A DNA stretch of 64,000 nucleotides from Lama guanicoe. Its lineage: Eukaryota. The notes under the pieces were generated by a model. The model ran no database searches. It saw only the letters and a list, made by a program, of their open reading frames with translations, and was not told where the DNA came from. Positions 62,856 through 64,000 of the stretch are shown one piece after another (the first letter of the stretch is position 1; each line of letters starts with the position of its first letter). The position numbers and the translations under genes are program-made. The stretch lies in assembly GCA_013239625.1 (NCBI GenBank), contig MU057357.1, positions 6,415,161 through 6,479,160 on the forward strand. Reading direction: 5' to 3'.

Positions 62856-63682
62856 CAGGATCCCGCTGCCTTGCCAAGAAAGGGCGGCCTCTGGCGTGGG
62901 GGCGGGGAGGCCAGCTCCCCCGCGAGAGGACTGTGCCCCTCAGCCGGCGAGTGGGAGGCCCCTGAGGGGTGCGGGAGAGGCTGGTGAACCCAGGAGGGCA
63001 GAAGATGGGCAGGCCTGCCAATTGCTTCACCGGGGCGGGCGTAAGCATTTCTGGAGCCCCCAGGCAGGCCCCTTTCAGCCTCCTCCTGGGGGTGGTCAGG
63101 GGGAGAGCTGGGGAGAGGCTTCCAGTTAGTTTGAGGCTCCAGGGAGAGATTTTGGGTCATTGCCTGAACAGACAAGACCTGTTTCCAAGAAAGCTCCAAA
63201 TCACCTTCTTTCTTAAGATTCTCTGAAAGTGGCAGAGGTTTAGGAGGGAGTCCACTAGCCAGGCCTAGAGGAGTTGACAAGCAAGGAGGACAGGAGGGCC
63301 TCCTGGGGGCAAGCAGGAATCCGAGCCAGGGCCCGCCTACTTAAGGATGCCCACCAGCACCTAGGGCCCGGCTCCCAGCCTCAGTTTCCCTCTGGACTAG
63401 TGAAGGCCCTTTTCCTCCCCTCTACCGGTGAGGGCGGGCCCTTAAGTTGATAAACAACCAGAAAGGGTCTGGTAGGCTTTCAGTTTCCAATTATAACCAT
63501 CATAACATAGCTGTACACTCTCACCCCCACCCCACCAACTTTGCCTGGCTTCTGCCCCCTTGAGCTTACCCCTACCCCTTCTCTGATTCATCCCCCTCCT
63601 CACACCACCCACGCCCCCACACACCAGGGGTTTGTGTTTTGTCAGGAGCCTCATGTCAACTCAGCCATCTCCCTGGCAGCAA

Positions 63683-63720
63683 CAGCTGCCAACCCAAAAT
63701 ACCAGAGCTGGTATTTATAG
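63683..63720 (-). promoter_or_regulatory. DES: DES upstream muscle enhancer (MEF2 site CTATAAATAC, Mt site GGTATTT, E-box CAGCTG)
   Basis: Minus strand ctcctCTATAAATACcagctctGGTATTTtgggttggCAGCTGttg, about 0.9 kb upstream of the TSS; this is the classical desmin enhancer arrangement. Confidence 0.88.
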
Positions 63721-64000
63721 AGGAGAATGCATCCGGGAAACAAGAGCATAGGAGAGGACCTCTGAGGGGTGGGGGCTGGGTACCTGAGGGGACACGGGTG
63801 TCAGAGGGCCGAGGGAGGCTTGGGGGGTGATGAGCCGCAATCACTTCCCACCCCCCATAATGCCCCAAGCCCCCGGCAGGAATGGAGCCCAGCAGAGCGC
63901 TTGTCCATCCCTTTCACAGGCCCCCCTCCTTAGTACAAGGCACTGGCTGACCGCTAAGCACATCCCTACTTCTCCATGAATACTAGCTGTCTCTCTGCAC

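Overview
Mammalian genomic DNA, most likely a camelid judging by two young tRNA-derived SINEs of the camelid Vic-1 type. It carries the muscle DES-SPEG locus, with both genes on the minus strand. DES (desmin) is complete: 9 coding exons of 578/61/96/162/126/221/44/83/42 nt (1413 nt, 470 aa), plus its TATA-like box, proximal E-box, MEF2/Mt/E-box muscle enhancer and poly(A) signal. About 5 kb downstream, SPEG (striated muscle enriched protein kinase) starts at 50781 and runs off the left edge within exon 36; it encodes Ig, FN3 and kinase-1 domains here, and kinase-2 lies outside the window. The internal first exon and the intronic terminal exon that produce the short APEG-1-type isoform are visible. 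Splice phases are consistent at every junction that can be seen. Introns contain MIR, L2, L1 and hAT (MER) remnants, and there are seven N gaps. No prokaryote-style novel system is present. The most striking observation is a lineage-specific SINE whose target-site duplication copied the SPEG exon-28 splice donor, creating a second identical donor 101 nt downstream across a stop-free SINE. Also notable are a U12 (minor spliceosome) intron and a 27-nt microexon inside kinase 1, a regulated-looking alternative last exon, and several candidate internal promoters/enhancers. Exon numbering and all comparisons to human are from memory, not from a database search.
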